NCBI GenBank assembly: GCA_033344915.1
Contig: JAWPML010000001.1
Span: forward strand, 1,048,369 to 1,112,368
Length of the DNA: 64,000 nt
Source of the DNA: Acidimicrobiales bacterium
GTDB lineage: Bacteria; Actinomycetota; Acidimicrobiia; Acidimicrobiales; Aldehydirespiratoraceae
Direction of reading: 5' to 3'
This document shows, piece after piece, positions 39,173 to 51,423 of the stretch (its first letter is position 1; every line of letters begins with the position of its first letter). The notes below the pieces were generated by a model that saw only the letters and a program-made list of their open reading frames with translations, searched no databases and was not told the origin of the DNA. The position numbers were made by a program, and so were the translations under genes.

Positions 39173-40060
39173 GTGCAGGACATCACGGGGAAGGTGGCGG
39201 TCGTCACGGGCGGCGCCAGCGGCATCGGGCGGGCGACGGCGATCGCCCTCGCGGCCGAGGGCGCACGCGTGGTCGTGGCCGACATCGAGCAGCCGCCCCT
39301 CGACGACGTCGTGGCGGAGATCCGGGCCGCAGGCGGTGACGCGATCGGGGTGGTCTGCGATGTCTCCGACTGGTCGTCGGTGGACGCCCTCCGCCAGGCC
39401 TGTGTCGAGTCGTTCGGCGACGCGGACATCGTGATGAACAATGCGGGCGTCGCCGGGGGCGGCCCGCTCTCGTCGATCGAGCTGTCGGCCTGGGAATGGA
39501 CGCTCGGGGTCAACCTGTGGGGTGTCATCCACGGCGTGAAGGCGTTCCTCCCGGCGATGGTCGAACGGGGGAGTGGCCACATCGTGAACACGGCGTCGAT
39601 CGCCGGGCATCTCACCTCCACCGGCATGGGCGCGTACAACACGACGAAGCACGCCGTCTCGGGTCTCACGGAGACCTTGCAGCAGGAGATGCTCGAAGCC
39701 GAGACCGGCGTCGGTGTGACGTGCCTGTGTCCGGGCTTCGTGGCGACGAACATCATCACCAGCGAACGGAACCGGCCCGAGCGCTTCCGTGAGGGCGGCC
39801 CGGATCTCGACGATGATCCCGACGCCACGACGCTGAGCGACGCCGGATCGGCGATCGCCGACGCCTACGCGGCCCAACTGAAGCCGGAGGTCGTGGCGGC
39901 GCAGGTGCTCGCCGCGATCCGGGAGAACCGCTTCTGGCTGTTCACCGACGATCTCGCCGACGACATGATCCGGGCGCGGCACGCCGACATCGAGGCCCAC
40001 GGCACGCCGGGGCGGCGGGCTCATCTCGCCGAGCTGATGTTCCCCGGGAGCGCGACGTGA
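39173..40060 (+). CDS. SDR family oxidoreductase
   Basis: GKVAVVTGGASGIGRATA.ALA.EGARVVVADI...NNAGV...NTASIAG......AYN.TKHAV (TGxxxGxG, NNAG, YxxxK). Confidence 0.9.
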   Translation: MQDITGKVAVVTGGASGIGRATAIALAAEGARVVVADIEQPPLDDVVAEIRAAGGDAIGVVCDVSDWSSVDALRQACVESFGDADIVMNNAGVAGGGPLSSIELSAWEWTLGVNLWGVIHGVKAFLPAMVERGSGHIVNTASIAGHLTSTGMGAYNTTKHAVSGLTETLQQEMLEAETGVGVTCLCPGFVATNIITSERNRPERFREGGPDLDDDPDATTLSDAGSAIADAYAAQLKPEVVAAQVLAAIRENRFWLFTDDLADDMIRARHADIEAHGTPGRRAHLAELMFPGSAT

Positions 40061-41073
40061 AGATCCTCGTCACCGGGGGCACCGGTTTCGTGGGGTCGCA
40101 TGCGATCCGCCGCCTGCTGTCGGACGGCCACGAGATCCGGGCTCTCGCTCGCACGCCGGCGAAGGTCGTGCCGTTGATGGAGAAGATGGGTGTCGATCCC
40201 GCCGAACTCGAGGTCGTCGAGGGCGACATCACCGACGAGGCCGCCGTCGCCGCGGCGGTGGACGGCTGCGACGCCGTGGTACACGCGGCGGCGATCGTCG
40301 CCACGAGCCCCGACATGGAACCCGAGATGGAACGGGTCAACCTCGCGGGCGCCACCAACGTGCTCGGTGCCGCCGTCGAGCGCGGCTGCGACCCGATCAT
40401 CCACGTGTCGTCCGTCTCGGCGATCTTCCCCAACGAGACCGACCCGATCACCGCCGACCATCCGGTGCGGGGCAAGGGTTCGTACGGGCGCACGAAGGCG
40501 GCCTGCGACCGTCTCGCCCGCGGCCTGCAGCGCGATGGGCACCCGGTCATCATCCTCTACCCGTCGGGCATCGTCGGACCGGACGACTGGAACGAGTCCA
40601 TCAACCTCGCGTCGTACAAGGTCTGGCTGACCCAGGGGATCCCGACCGCGAAGGGCTTCGCCACGAGCTATGTCGACGTCCGCGACCTCGCCGAGATCAT
40701 GGCCGCGTCCATGGCGCCGGGGGGCGGTCCCCACCGGTTCCTGGCCACGGGTACCCACATCGACGCGCCCGCGCTGGCCGCGCTTCTGGAAGAACTGATC
40801 GGCAAGGTGCGCAGGATCCCGCTCCCGAGGGCCGGGTTCTGGGTCTGGGGCAAGCTGGGCGACGTCGCCAAACGCTTCGGGCGTGATCTCGTCGTCACCA
40901 GCGAAGGCTACGAGTACATGTTCTTCTCGAACGCCGGCGACGATCGTCCGACGACCGAGACCACCGGGGTGCGGTTCCGGCGGCTCGAGGAGTCGTTCCG
41001 GGACACGTTCGTCTGGATGGGCGAGGCCGGGCACATCGAAGCGAAGCACCTCGGGAAGCTGGTCGACGACTGA
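40057..41073 (+). CDS. NAD-dependent epimerase/dehydratase family protein (extended SDR)
   Basis: MKILVTGGTGFVGSHAIRRLL..GHE..AL.R......VVEGDITD...VVHAAA...SYGRTKA. Its GTG overlaps the upstream TGA (GTGA at 40057-40060). Confidence 0.8.
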   Translation: MKILVTGGTGFVGSHAIRRLLSDGHEIRALARTPAKVVPLMEKMGVDPAELEVVEGDITDEAAVAAAVDGCDAVVHAAAIVATSPDMEPEMERVNLAGATNVLGAAVERGCDPIIHVSSVSAIFPNETDPITADHPVRGKGSYGRTKAACDRLARGLQRDGHPVIILYPSGIVGPDDWNESINLASYKVWLTQGIPTAKGFATSYVDVRDLAEIMAASMAPGGGPHRFLATGTHIDAPALAALLEELIGKVRRIPLPRAGFWVWGKLGDVAKRFGRDLVVTSEGYEYMFFSNAGDDRPTTETTGVRFRRLEESFRDTFVWMGEAGHIEAKHLGKLVDD

Positions 41074-41117
41074 ATGTCGCGACCTTCGGTGTCACAGGGG
41101 CGTCGTAGTTTCCGAAC

Positions 41118-41699
41118 ATGCGGCGCCGCACCGATCCCTCCCTCGACCTCGACGACCCGCTCGACCGCATCGTGGCCGCCTGGCCCCACAGCGGCCGGCC
41201 CGCCGATCTGGTGCGGGAGCTGAAATACGGGCGGGCGACGTCGGTGATCACCGAACTCGCGACTGCGATGGCGGACCTCGCGCCCGCGGCGGATGTCGTC
41301 ACCTGGATTCCCGCCTCGCCGTCGCGCCGCCGTCAGCGGGGCTTCGACCAGGGCGAGCTGCTCGCCCGTGCCATCGCCCGCCGCCGGCGGCTTCCGGTCA
41401 AGCGCCTGCTGCGCCGCACGGACGACACCGCCCAGACGGCGCGTCCACTGGAAGGCCGGCTGCGGGGCCCCGAGTTCGCCCCGGTCGGTCGACGGTTGCG
41501 GTTCAAGCCCGCCCTGCTACTCGTCGACGACGTGTACACCACGGGCTCGACACTTCGGGCCGCAGCCACACTGCTGCGCGAACGAGGCGCCGAGTCGGTG
41601 CACGGTCTCGTGGCGACGCGAGCCTCGATCCACAACCGGCCTGCGGCGGCTCCGCCCGGAGTCTACGATCTGGCCACCCCCCACAACCCCGGAGGTTGA
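41118..41699 (+). CDS. comF: ComF-family phosphoribosyltransferase-like protein (no N-terminal zinc finger)
   Basis: ...LKYGRAT.....LA..MA.......DVVTWIPAS..RRRQRGFDQGELLARA.A...........R..DT..Q......R........F.........ALLLVDDVYTTGSTL.AAA..LR..GA. An in-frame TAG at 41106-41108 excludes an upstream extension. Confidence 0.75.
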   Translation: MRRRTDPSLDLDDPLDRIVAAWPHSGRPADLVRELKYGRATSVITELATAMADLAPAADVVTWIPASPSRRRQRGFDQGELLARAIARRRRLPVKRLLRRTDDTAQTARPLEGRLRGPEFAPVGRRLRFKPALLLVDDVYTTGSTLRAAATLLRERGAESVHGLVATRASIHNRPAAAPPGVYDLATPHNPGG

Positions 41700-41701
41700 G
41701 C

Positions 41702-42280
41702 ATGGATGTCTCCATCAGTGCACGGCATGTGACCATCACGCCGAGACTGGAGGAGGTGATCCACGAGAAGATCGGCCAACTCGACCGGTACCTCGAAGGA
41801 CTCGACTATGCGGGCGTCCACTTCGAGGAGGCGCAGAACCCCCGGATCGCGGACAAGGAGTTCTGCGAGGTGCACCTGAAGGGGAACGGGCACCATCTGC
41901 GCTGCAAGGTGCACGCCCCGGACCCGTTCACCGCGATCGACCTGGCGGAGGCGAAGCTCGAGCGCCAGATCCGCAAGCTCCGCACGAAGATCCAACGGCG
42001 TCAACACGGCACGGGTGAGAGCCTCCGCAACGGGGACGTGTCGCCCGCCGCGATGGCGGACGACGCGGGCGAGCCCGAGATCGACGCCGACGAGATGATG
42101 CCGGAGATCGTGCGCACGAAGCGGTTCCATCTCGCGCCGCTGACACCCGTGGAGGCCGTCGAGAAGATGGAGGAGCTCGGTCACGGGTTCTTCTTCTTCA
42201 TCAACCGAGACACCAGCCGCAGCGCCGTCGTCTACAAGCGAGACGACGGCAATGTCGGCCTCATCGACGAAGCCGACTGA
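41702..42280 (+). CDS. hpf: ribosome hibernation promoting factor, long form
   Basis: MDVSISARHVTITPRLEEVIHEKIGQLDRYL....AGVHF.E..NPRI.....CEV.L.G.G..LR.K......F.AIDLA..KLERQIRKL, plus a C-terminal dimerisation domain EIVRTKRF.L.P.T..EA...ME.LGH.FF.F.N......VVYKR.DG..GLI. GGAGG lies 6 nt upstream. Confidence 0.92.
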   Translation: MDVSISARHVTITPRLEEVIHEKIGQLDRYLEGLDYAGVHFEEAQNPRIADKEFCEVHLKGNGHHLRCKVHAPDPFTAIDLAEAKLERQIRKLRTKIQRRQHGTGESLRNGDVSPAAMADDAGEPEIDADEMMPEIVRTKRFHLAPLTPVEAVEKMEELGHGFFFFINRDTSRSAVVYKRDDGNVGLIDEAD

Positions 42281-42327
42281 GCCCCCGACCTGACGGTCAT
42301 CCTTCAGGCCGTGCCCGCGGCGGCCGA

Positions 42328-43008
42328 TTGGAACAGGTGATCGGACCGTCCGACGATCTCCGGGTACTCGTGGTCGACGACCATGCGCTGTACCGACGCG
42401 GACTGGTGATGGAGCTCGACGAGGCCGATGACCTCGAGGTGATCGCCGAGGCGTCGGACGGCCCCGAGGCGGTCGACGTCGCGATCGCACTCGCGCCCGA
42501 TGTCATCCTGATGGATGTCCGGATGCCGCAGATGACCGGCGTCGAGGCGTGCCGCAGGATCATCGAGGCGACACCCACGGCGCGCATCCTCATGTTGACG
42601 GTCTCCGACGACGGTGACGATCTCATCGACGCCGTGCGGGCCGGCGCCGCCGGTTACCTGCTGAAGGAGACGTCGATCAACGACATCGCCGAGTCGGTGC
42701 GACGCGTCGCGGTCGGTCACAGTTTCGTCTCGCCCTCGTTGGCCGGTCGGCTGCTTCAGGAGTTCGCCGCGATGGCGAACCGCCAGGCACCCGTGCTCGT
42801 CGACGGACCGCCCGGGATGCTGACGGATCGCGAGGTCGCCGTGCTCGAGGCGATGGCCGCCGGGCGCGACGACGAGGCCATCGCGGTGGTGACGGGTCTG
42901 GCCGCGCCGGCCGTGCGCAACCATGTCCGCAACATCCTGGAGAAACTCCAGCTCGCGACCCGCACGGAGGCCGTGATGTTCGCGGTGCGGGGCCGCATCG
43001 TCTCGTGA
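42328..43008 (+). CDS. NarL/FixJ (LuxR-type HTH) response regulator; no cognate kinase adjacent
   Basis: The receiver domain is LRVLVVDDHALYRRGL...DVILMDVRMPQMTG.....I........ILMLTVSDD...L..A...GA.GYLLK. The C-terminal part, LTDREVAVLEAMAAG..........V..HV.NIL.KL......EAV, is a LuxR HTH. The start is TTG 42328 or GTG 42337. Confidence 0.9.
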   Translation: MEQVIGPSDDLRVLVVDDHALYRRGLVMELDEADDLEVIAEASDGPEAVDVAIALAPDVILMDVRMPQMTGVEACRRIIEATPTARILMLTVSDDGDDLIDAVRAGAAGYLLKETSINDIAESVRRVAVGHSFVSPSLAGRLLQEFAAMANRQAPVLVDGPPGMLTDREVAVLEAMAAGRDDEAIAVVTGLAAPAVRNHVRNILEKLQLATRTEAVMFAVRGRIVS

Positions 43009-43057
43009 CGGGAGCGCCCCCTGACGCCCCGCACGGCTCGGTAGAGTTGCGTGCGAC

Positions 43058-45775
<2,718 letters not shown>

Positions 45776-45831
45776 GTTCCTTCCCGAGATGAGACGCCGG
45801 GGTCAGAGCCCCGTCCCATCTCCTTCCGACC

Positions 45832-46947
45832 ATGCAGGATTTCACCGACCAGCTCGCCGCAATCCGTGCCCGTCTCGACGAGGCGGCGGGGTATCTCCGC
45901 ATCGAGGAACTCGAGATGCGCCAGCCCCAGCTGGAGACCGAGGCGTCGCGCCCGGACCTGTGGGACGACCAGGACAAGGCCCGCGCCGTCACCAGTGAGC
46001 TCGCGGCGGTCAACGAGGATCTCGAGCTCTTCGGCCGGCTGACCACCGAGGTCGAGGACGTGGAGACCCTGCACGAGATGGCCCGCGAGGAGGGCGACGA
46101 GTCCCTCGAGCCCGAGATCGCCCAGGCGGCGGCGTCGCTCGAGACCCACCTCGACGAGCTGGAGATGCGTTCGCTGTTCACCGGCGAGTTCGACGAGCGC
46201 GACGCGGTCTGTCAGATCAAGTCCGGCGAGGGCGGCACCGACGCCCAGGACTGGGCCGAGATGCTGATGCGGATGTACAACCGCTGGGCGGACCGGCGGG
46301 GTTTCGCGGTCGAGATCACCGCCGTGTCCGAGGGCACCGAAGCGGGGCTCAGCAGCGTGGAGTTCATCCTCAAGGGGCGCCACGCCTACGGATTGATGCA
46401 GGCCGAACACGGCGTGCACCGCCTCGTGCGCATCTCCCCGTTCAACAACGAGGGCAAGCGCCAGACCGCCTTCGCCGCCGTGCAGGTCGCCCCGTTCTTC
46501 GAGGAGGTCTCGGATGAGATCGACATCGACGAGAAGGAGCTGCGCATCGACACCTACCGCTCGTCGGGCGCCGGCGGTCAGCACGTCAACGTGACCGACT
46601 CCGCCGTGCGGATCACCCATCTGCCCACCGGCCTCGTCACGAGCTGCCAGAACGAGCGCAGCCAGCACCAGAACAAGGACCGCGCCATGCAGATGATGGC
46701 CGCCAAACTCCTCGATCTGGAGCGCAAGAAGCGCGAGGACGAGATCGCCGGCATCACCGGTGAACAGCAGAACGTGGGCTTCGGCAGCCAGATCCGCAGC
46801 TATGTCATGCAGCCGTACCAGATGGTGAAGGATCTGCGCACCGAACACGAGACCGCCCAGGTCGAGCAGGTGCTCGGCGGCGAGGTCGAGCCCTTCATGG
46901 AGGCATGGCTGCGGTGGACCCGCGCCCAGGCCGAAGCCGCGTCCTGA
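45832..46947 (+). CDS. prfB: peptide chain release factor 2 (uninterrupted ORF, no programmed +1 frameshift)
   Basis: 371 aa with the SPF tripeptide (RISPFN) and GGQ ([10 protein letters not shown]). The N-terminal region ...[11 protein letters not shown]... is read without an in-frame stop. Confidence 0.97.
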   Translation: MQDFTDQLAAIRARLDEAAGYLRIEELEMRQPQLETEASRPDLWDDQDKARAVTSELAAVNEDLELFGRLTTEVEDVETLHEMAREEGDESLEPEIAQAAASLETHLDELEMRSLFTGEFDERDAVCQIKSGEGGTDAQDWAEMLMRMYNRWADRRGFAVEITAVSEGTEAGLSSVEFILKGRHAYGLMQAEHGVHRLVRISPFNNEGKRQTAFAAVQVAPFFEEVSDEIDIDEKELRIDTYRSSGAGGQHVNVTDSAVRITHLPTGLVTSCQNERSQHQNKDRAMQMMAAKLLDLERKKREDEIAGITGEQQNVGFGSQIRSYVMQPYQMVKDLRTEHETAQVEQVLGGEVEPFMEAWLRWTRAQAEAAS

Positions 46948-47041
46948 CGGTGGCCGCCGTCGCGGGGGGAGTGCCGCTGCATCACCGCCTCGCGCTGCTA
47001 CCGTTCTGCCTTCGGGCGGCCCGTTTGTCTCAGGATCGTGG

Positions 47042-47719
<678 letters not shown>

Positions 47720-47728
47720 GGCAGCGGC

Positions 47729-48622
47729 ATGGCGATCAGTCCCATCTACGCGCTGCGCGAGACCGGCCAGAACCTCTGGCGCAACTTCATGCTGTCCTTC
47801 GCGACGATCATCACGATCGGTGTGTCGCTCTGGCTCTTCGGCGGCTTCTTCCTCTTCAACTACGCGGTCGACAACGCCACCGCCCGCTGGGAGGGTGGCA
47901 TCGAGTTCGTCGTGTGGATGGATCCCGAAGCGTCCGCGGATCAGGACGCCAACATCCGCAACAGCCTCGACAGTCCGGCGATCGCCAGCTGGACCTACAT
48001 CGATCAGGAGGAGACGTTCGAGGAGTTCAAGGAGCTCTTCGCCGACACCCCCGAGATGATCGACGTGGTCACCCCCGAGATCCTGCCGCCGTCGTACCGC
48101 GTCGTGCCGTCCAATCCCGACGCCGATGTCGTACAGGAGCTGGTCACCCAGTTCGACGACAGACCGGGCGTGCGTGACGTGGTGTCGGCGGACAAGACGA
48201 TCCGTCAGATCCAGCAACAGGCGGACGAGATCGGCCAGGTGTTCCTGGTCGGCTCGATCATCCTGCTCGTCGCGGCGACGCTGCTGATCCTCACGAACGT
48301 GGTGAGCGCGATCCGCAGCCGCGGCGCGGAGATCGAGATCATGAAGGTGGTCGGCGCGACCAACTGGTTCATCCGTATCCCGTTCATGTTGGAGGGATTG
48401 GCGCAGGCGGTGTTCGGCGCGCTCGGCGCGTGGGTCGGTCTCTACTTCCTGAACAACAACGTGATCGAAGGGCTCGGCGACGGTGATGCGCTCGAGTTGA
48501 TGCAGGGGTTCCGCGTGAGCGACAACGAATTCCTGTCGACCAGTCTGCTCGTCCTCGGGATCGCAGTCGTCGTGTCGGGTATCGGCTCGATGGTCGCCGT
48601 GACCCGCTACCTCGACGCCTGA
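47729..48622 (+). CDS. ftsX: cell division permease-like protein FtsX
   Basis: The N-terminus is ...ETGQNLWRNFMLSFATIITIGVSL. An extracytoplasmic domain follows (Y....E..EEFKE.F), then 3 C-terminal TM spans with EIEIMKVVGATNWFIRIPF..EG. It starts 9 nt after ftsE. Confidence 0.87.
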   Translation: MAISPIYALRETGQNLWRNFMLSFATIITIGVSLWLFGGFFLFNYAVDNATARWEGGIEFVVWMDPEASADQDANIRNSLDSPAIASWTYIDQEETFEEFKELFADTPEMIDVVTPEILPPSYRVVPSNPDADVVQELVTQFDDRPGVRDVVSADKTIRQIQQQADEIGQVFLVGSIILLVAATLLILTNVVSAIRSRGAEIEIMKVVGATNWFIRIPFMLEGLAQAVFGALGAWVGLYFLNNNVIEGLGDGDALELMQGFRVSDNEFLSTSLLVLGIAVVVSGIGSMVAVTRYLDA

Positions 48623-48629
48623 GTCCACC

Positions 48630-49505
48630 ATGGACATCTCGATGACCCTTCCGACCATGGCGTCGGGACTCGACCGCGCCCTGACCAACGAGTGGTGCGC
48701 GGCCATCGACGAGGGACCGTTCCGCTCGCTGGCGATCGGGGAGCGCATCGCGTTCGACAACCTCGAGCTGCACACGACGCTGTCGTATGCCGCCGCTCGA
48801 ACCGAACGGGTCCGCCTCGCGCCGACCCTCGTGATCCTGCCGATGCATCCCGTGGCGCTGATGGCGAAGAAGCTCGCGACGCTCGACGTGCTGTCCGGCG
48901 GCCGGGTGGATGTGGTGGTCGGGGTCGGAGGTCGCGACCAGGATTATCGGGCGGCCGAACGATCGTTCGCGAAGCGCCATCAACGCCTGGACGATCAGGT
49001 CGCCGAGCTCCGGCGGCTCTGGTCCGGCGGCGAGATAGGGGAAGGCGACCCGCCGATCGGGCCGGCGTGTGTCCAGCCGGGCGGGCCCCCGATCCATGCC
49101 GGCGCGCTCGGACCGTTGTCGATGGCCCGGGCCGCGCAGTGGGCGGCCGGCAACATGGGTTTCACGCTCGGGCCCAACACCGAGGACCACGCGGCGACCT
49201 TCGGCGCCGTGCGCGACGCGTGGACCGCCGCGGGACGCACAGAACCCCCGCGTCTGAGCACGAGCTTCTTCTACAGCCTCGATCCGAACGCCGAGCAGGT
49301 GCTGCACGACTACGCCTACCGATACCTGCAGGTCTTCGGCCACGAGGCCGCCGAGATGATGGCGGCGATGACCACGGCGGCCGGCCCGCGTGCCGTGGCG
49401 GACGCACTCGACCGGCTCGAAGCAGCCGGCTGCGACGAGGTCTACCTCGTCCCCACCACCACGAATCCGGCCCACGTCGAGCAGGTCGCGAGTCTTCGGG
49501 GATGA
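48630..49505 (+). CDS. LLM-class (luciferase-like) flavin/F420-dependent oxidoreductase
   Basis: FRSLAIGERI........TLSYAAA.TERVRLAPTLVILPMHPVALMAKKLATLDVLSGGRVDVVVGVGGR..DY. It starts only 7 nt after the ftsX stop. Confidence 0.72.
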   Translation: MDISMTLPTMASGLDRALTNEWCAAIDEGPFRSLAIGERIAFDNLELHTTLSYAAARTERVRLAPTLVILPMHPVALMAKKLATLDVLSGGRVDVVVGVGGRDQDYRAAERSFAKRHQRLDDQVAELRRLWSGGEIGEGDPPIGPACVQPGGPPIHAGALGPLSMARAAQWAAGNMGFTLGPNTEDHAATFGAVRDAWTAAGRTEPPRLSTSFFYSLDPNAEQVLHDYAYRYLQVFGHEAAEMMAAMTTAAGPRAVADALDRLEAAGCDEVYLVPTTTNPAHVEQVASLRG

Positions 49506-50557
49506 CGGAGGACCGCCCGAACCCCGTCGACCCGAGCGTTGTCGACCCCGACGTCCTCGCCGGATGGATGGACGACCGCGGCCTGGGCGACGGGCCACTG
49601 GAGGACCTCACCCCGCTCGCCGGCGGAACCCAGAACCTGCTTCTGCGGTTCGTTCGCGCGGGGCGTACGTTCGTGCTGCGTCGTCCCCCCGAACACAAGC
49701 GCAAGAACAGTGACGAGACGATGCGGCGCGAGGCGCGGGTGCTCGCCGCGCTGGCCGGGTCCGACGTGCCGCACCCGGGTCTGATCGCGGCCGAGTCGGA
49801 TGTCGACGTCCTCGGTGCCGCGTTCTACCTGATGGAGCCGGTGGACGGCTTCACGCCGACGGCCGGCCTGCCCCCGTATCACGCCGGCGATCCGGCGGTC
49901 CGGCGGGCGATGGGATTCTCCTTGGCCGACGCAGCCGCCGCGTTGGGGCGCGTCGACCATGCCGCGGTCGGCCTCGACGGGTTCGGCAAGCCCGAGGGCT
50001 ACCTCGAGCGGCAGGTGCCTCGTTGGCGCTCCCAGCTCGACTCCTACGCCGAGCTGGGCGGCGCCTGGGTGCCCGACATCCCCGGCCTCGACGCGGTCGG
50101 GGAGTGGCTCGATGCCAACCGACCGGCGACGTTCGAGCCCGGCGTGATCCACGGCGACTACCACCTCGGCAACGTGATGTACCGCCACGACGCACCGGAC
50201 CTGGCGGCGGTGGTGGATTGGGAGCTCGCGACGATCGGCGACCCCTTGATCGACCTCGGCCTGATCGTCGCCTTCTGGCCGGAGGAAGGGCGCCCGGCCA
50301 CGGCGGTGAGCGTGACGCCGTGGGATGGCTTCCCCACCGTCGACGAGATGGTTGCCCGCTACGGGGAGGGATCGTCGCGCGATCTCTCCGCGGTGAACTG
50401 GTACGGCGTGCTCGCCTGCTACAAGACGGGCATCATCCTGGAGGGCACCCATGCCCGGGCGATGGCCGGAAAGGCACCTGAGGCCGTCGGCGACATGCTG
50501 CACGCGACGACGGTCGGTCTCTTCGAGAAGGCGCAGGTCATCATCGGCCGGAGCTGA
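49502..50557 (+). CDS. phosphotransferase-family (APH/ACAD10-type) kinase-like protein
   Basis: L.PLAGGTQNLLLRF.R.GRTFVLRRPP..............E.RVL.AL....VP.P........DVLGA.FYLME.V.G, plus the catalytic VIHGDYHLGNVMY and VVDWELATIGDPL.DL. Its ATG overlaps the upstream TGA (ATGA at 49502-49505). Confidence 0.8.
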   Translation: MTEDRPNPVDPSVVDPDVLAGWMDDRGLGDGPLEDLTPLAGGTQNLLLRFVRAGRTFVLRRPPEHKRKNSDETMRREARVLAALAGSDVPHPGLIAAESDVDVLGAAFYLMEPVDGFTPTAGLPPYHAGDPAVRRAMGFSLADAAAALGRVDHAAVGLDGFGKPEGYLERQVPRWRSQLDSYAELGGAWVPDIPGLDAVGEWLDANRPATFEPGVIHGDYHLGNVMYRHDAPDLAAVVDWELATIGDPLIDLGLIVAFWPEEGRPATAVSVTPWDGFPTVDEMVARYGEGSSRDLSAVNWYGVLACYKTGIILEGTHARAMAGKAPEAVGDMLHATTVGLFEKAQVIIGRS

Positions 50558-50631
50558 TCCGCCACGCGGCGCGCCCATGTGTCGCAGCCCGACGACCGCG
50601 CGCTAGTGTCGTCAGTGGTTCAGGAGGTGCG

Positions 50632-51423
50632 ATGAGTCCTCGGCGGGAGGTCTCTGCAGCGGACGGAAGCCGAATCTCCTATGAAGTGGCGGGAGTCGGT
50701 CCGTATCTGCTGATAGTTCCGGCATTGCTCCAGTCCGCCGCGCTCTGGCGTGAGATGGGCTACGTCGACCGCTTGGCCACCGATCATCGCGTCATCGTCA
50801 TGGACCCGCTCGGGCACGGCGAGAGCGACCGGCCACACGATCCCGCGGTGTACGGCGTCGAGCAGGCGGTCGGCCACGTCATCGCCGTACTCGAGAACGA
50901 GGGCATCGAGCGGGCCACCTTGTGGGGGTTCGGGGCCGGCGCCGAGACGGTCGTCGACACCGCCCGCCGGCGCCCGGATGTCGTCGATGCGGTCGTGATC
51001 GGTGGGACGTTTCTCGGCGACTTCGCCGAGGGAATGCGCGAGATCGGCGGCGACCTCACCGAATTGACCGACAAATGTGCGTCCGCACTCGAGGCCGGCG
51101 ACTGGGATGCCTACTTCGCGCTCATGCAGGATCCGGTGCCCCTCGACGTGCGACGGGACCGTGCGGACGCGAACGACCCCGCCGCGATCGCCGCCGTTCT
51201 GCGGAGCGACCTGCGCCGGGCGCGGGGGTTTCTCAAGCCGTCCGTCCCCACGTTCGCCTACTGGGCCGAGGACGCGTTCATCCACCCTCACAACCGGGAG
51301 TTGGTCGAGCGCCTGCCGATCGAGTGGATGGTCGTGCCCGGCTTGGTCTCCGACGCACCGGAACTCGTGGACGCCGTGGTCACCCGCGTGCGTCGTTTCC
51401 TCGAGTCCGCCGTCAGGTCGTGA
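50632..51423 (+). CDS. alpha/beta-hydrolase-fold protein lacking the canonical nucleophile Ser
   Basis: HRVIVMDPLGHGESDRP...VGHVIAVLENEGIERATLWGFGAGAETVV...VVIGG. The nucleophile-elbow position reads G-F-G-A-G rather than G-x-S-x-G. Confidence 0.65.
   Translation: MSPRREVSAADGSRISYEVAGVGPYLLIVPALLQSAALWREMGYVDRLATDHRVIVMDPLGHGESDRPHDPAVYGVEQAVGHVIAVLENEGIERATLWGFGAGAETVVDTARRRPDVVDAVVIGGTFLGDFAEGMREIGGDLTELTDKCASALEAGDWDAYFALMQDPVPLDVRRDRADANDPAAIAAVLRSDLRRARGFLKPSVPTFAYWAEDAFIHPHNRELVERLPIEWMVVPGLVSDAPELVDAVVTRVRRFLESAVRS

Noticed and set aside
45832-45960. Programmed +1 frameshift site in prfB (CUU UGA C type).
   Set aside because: The RF2 ORF reads straight through the usual position (...[11 protein letters not shown]...) with no in-frame stop, so this prfB is not frameshift-regulated.
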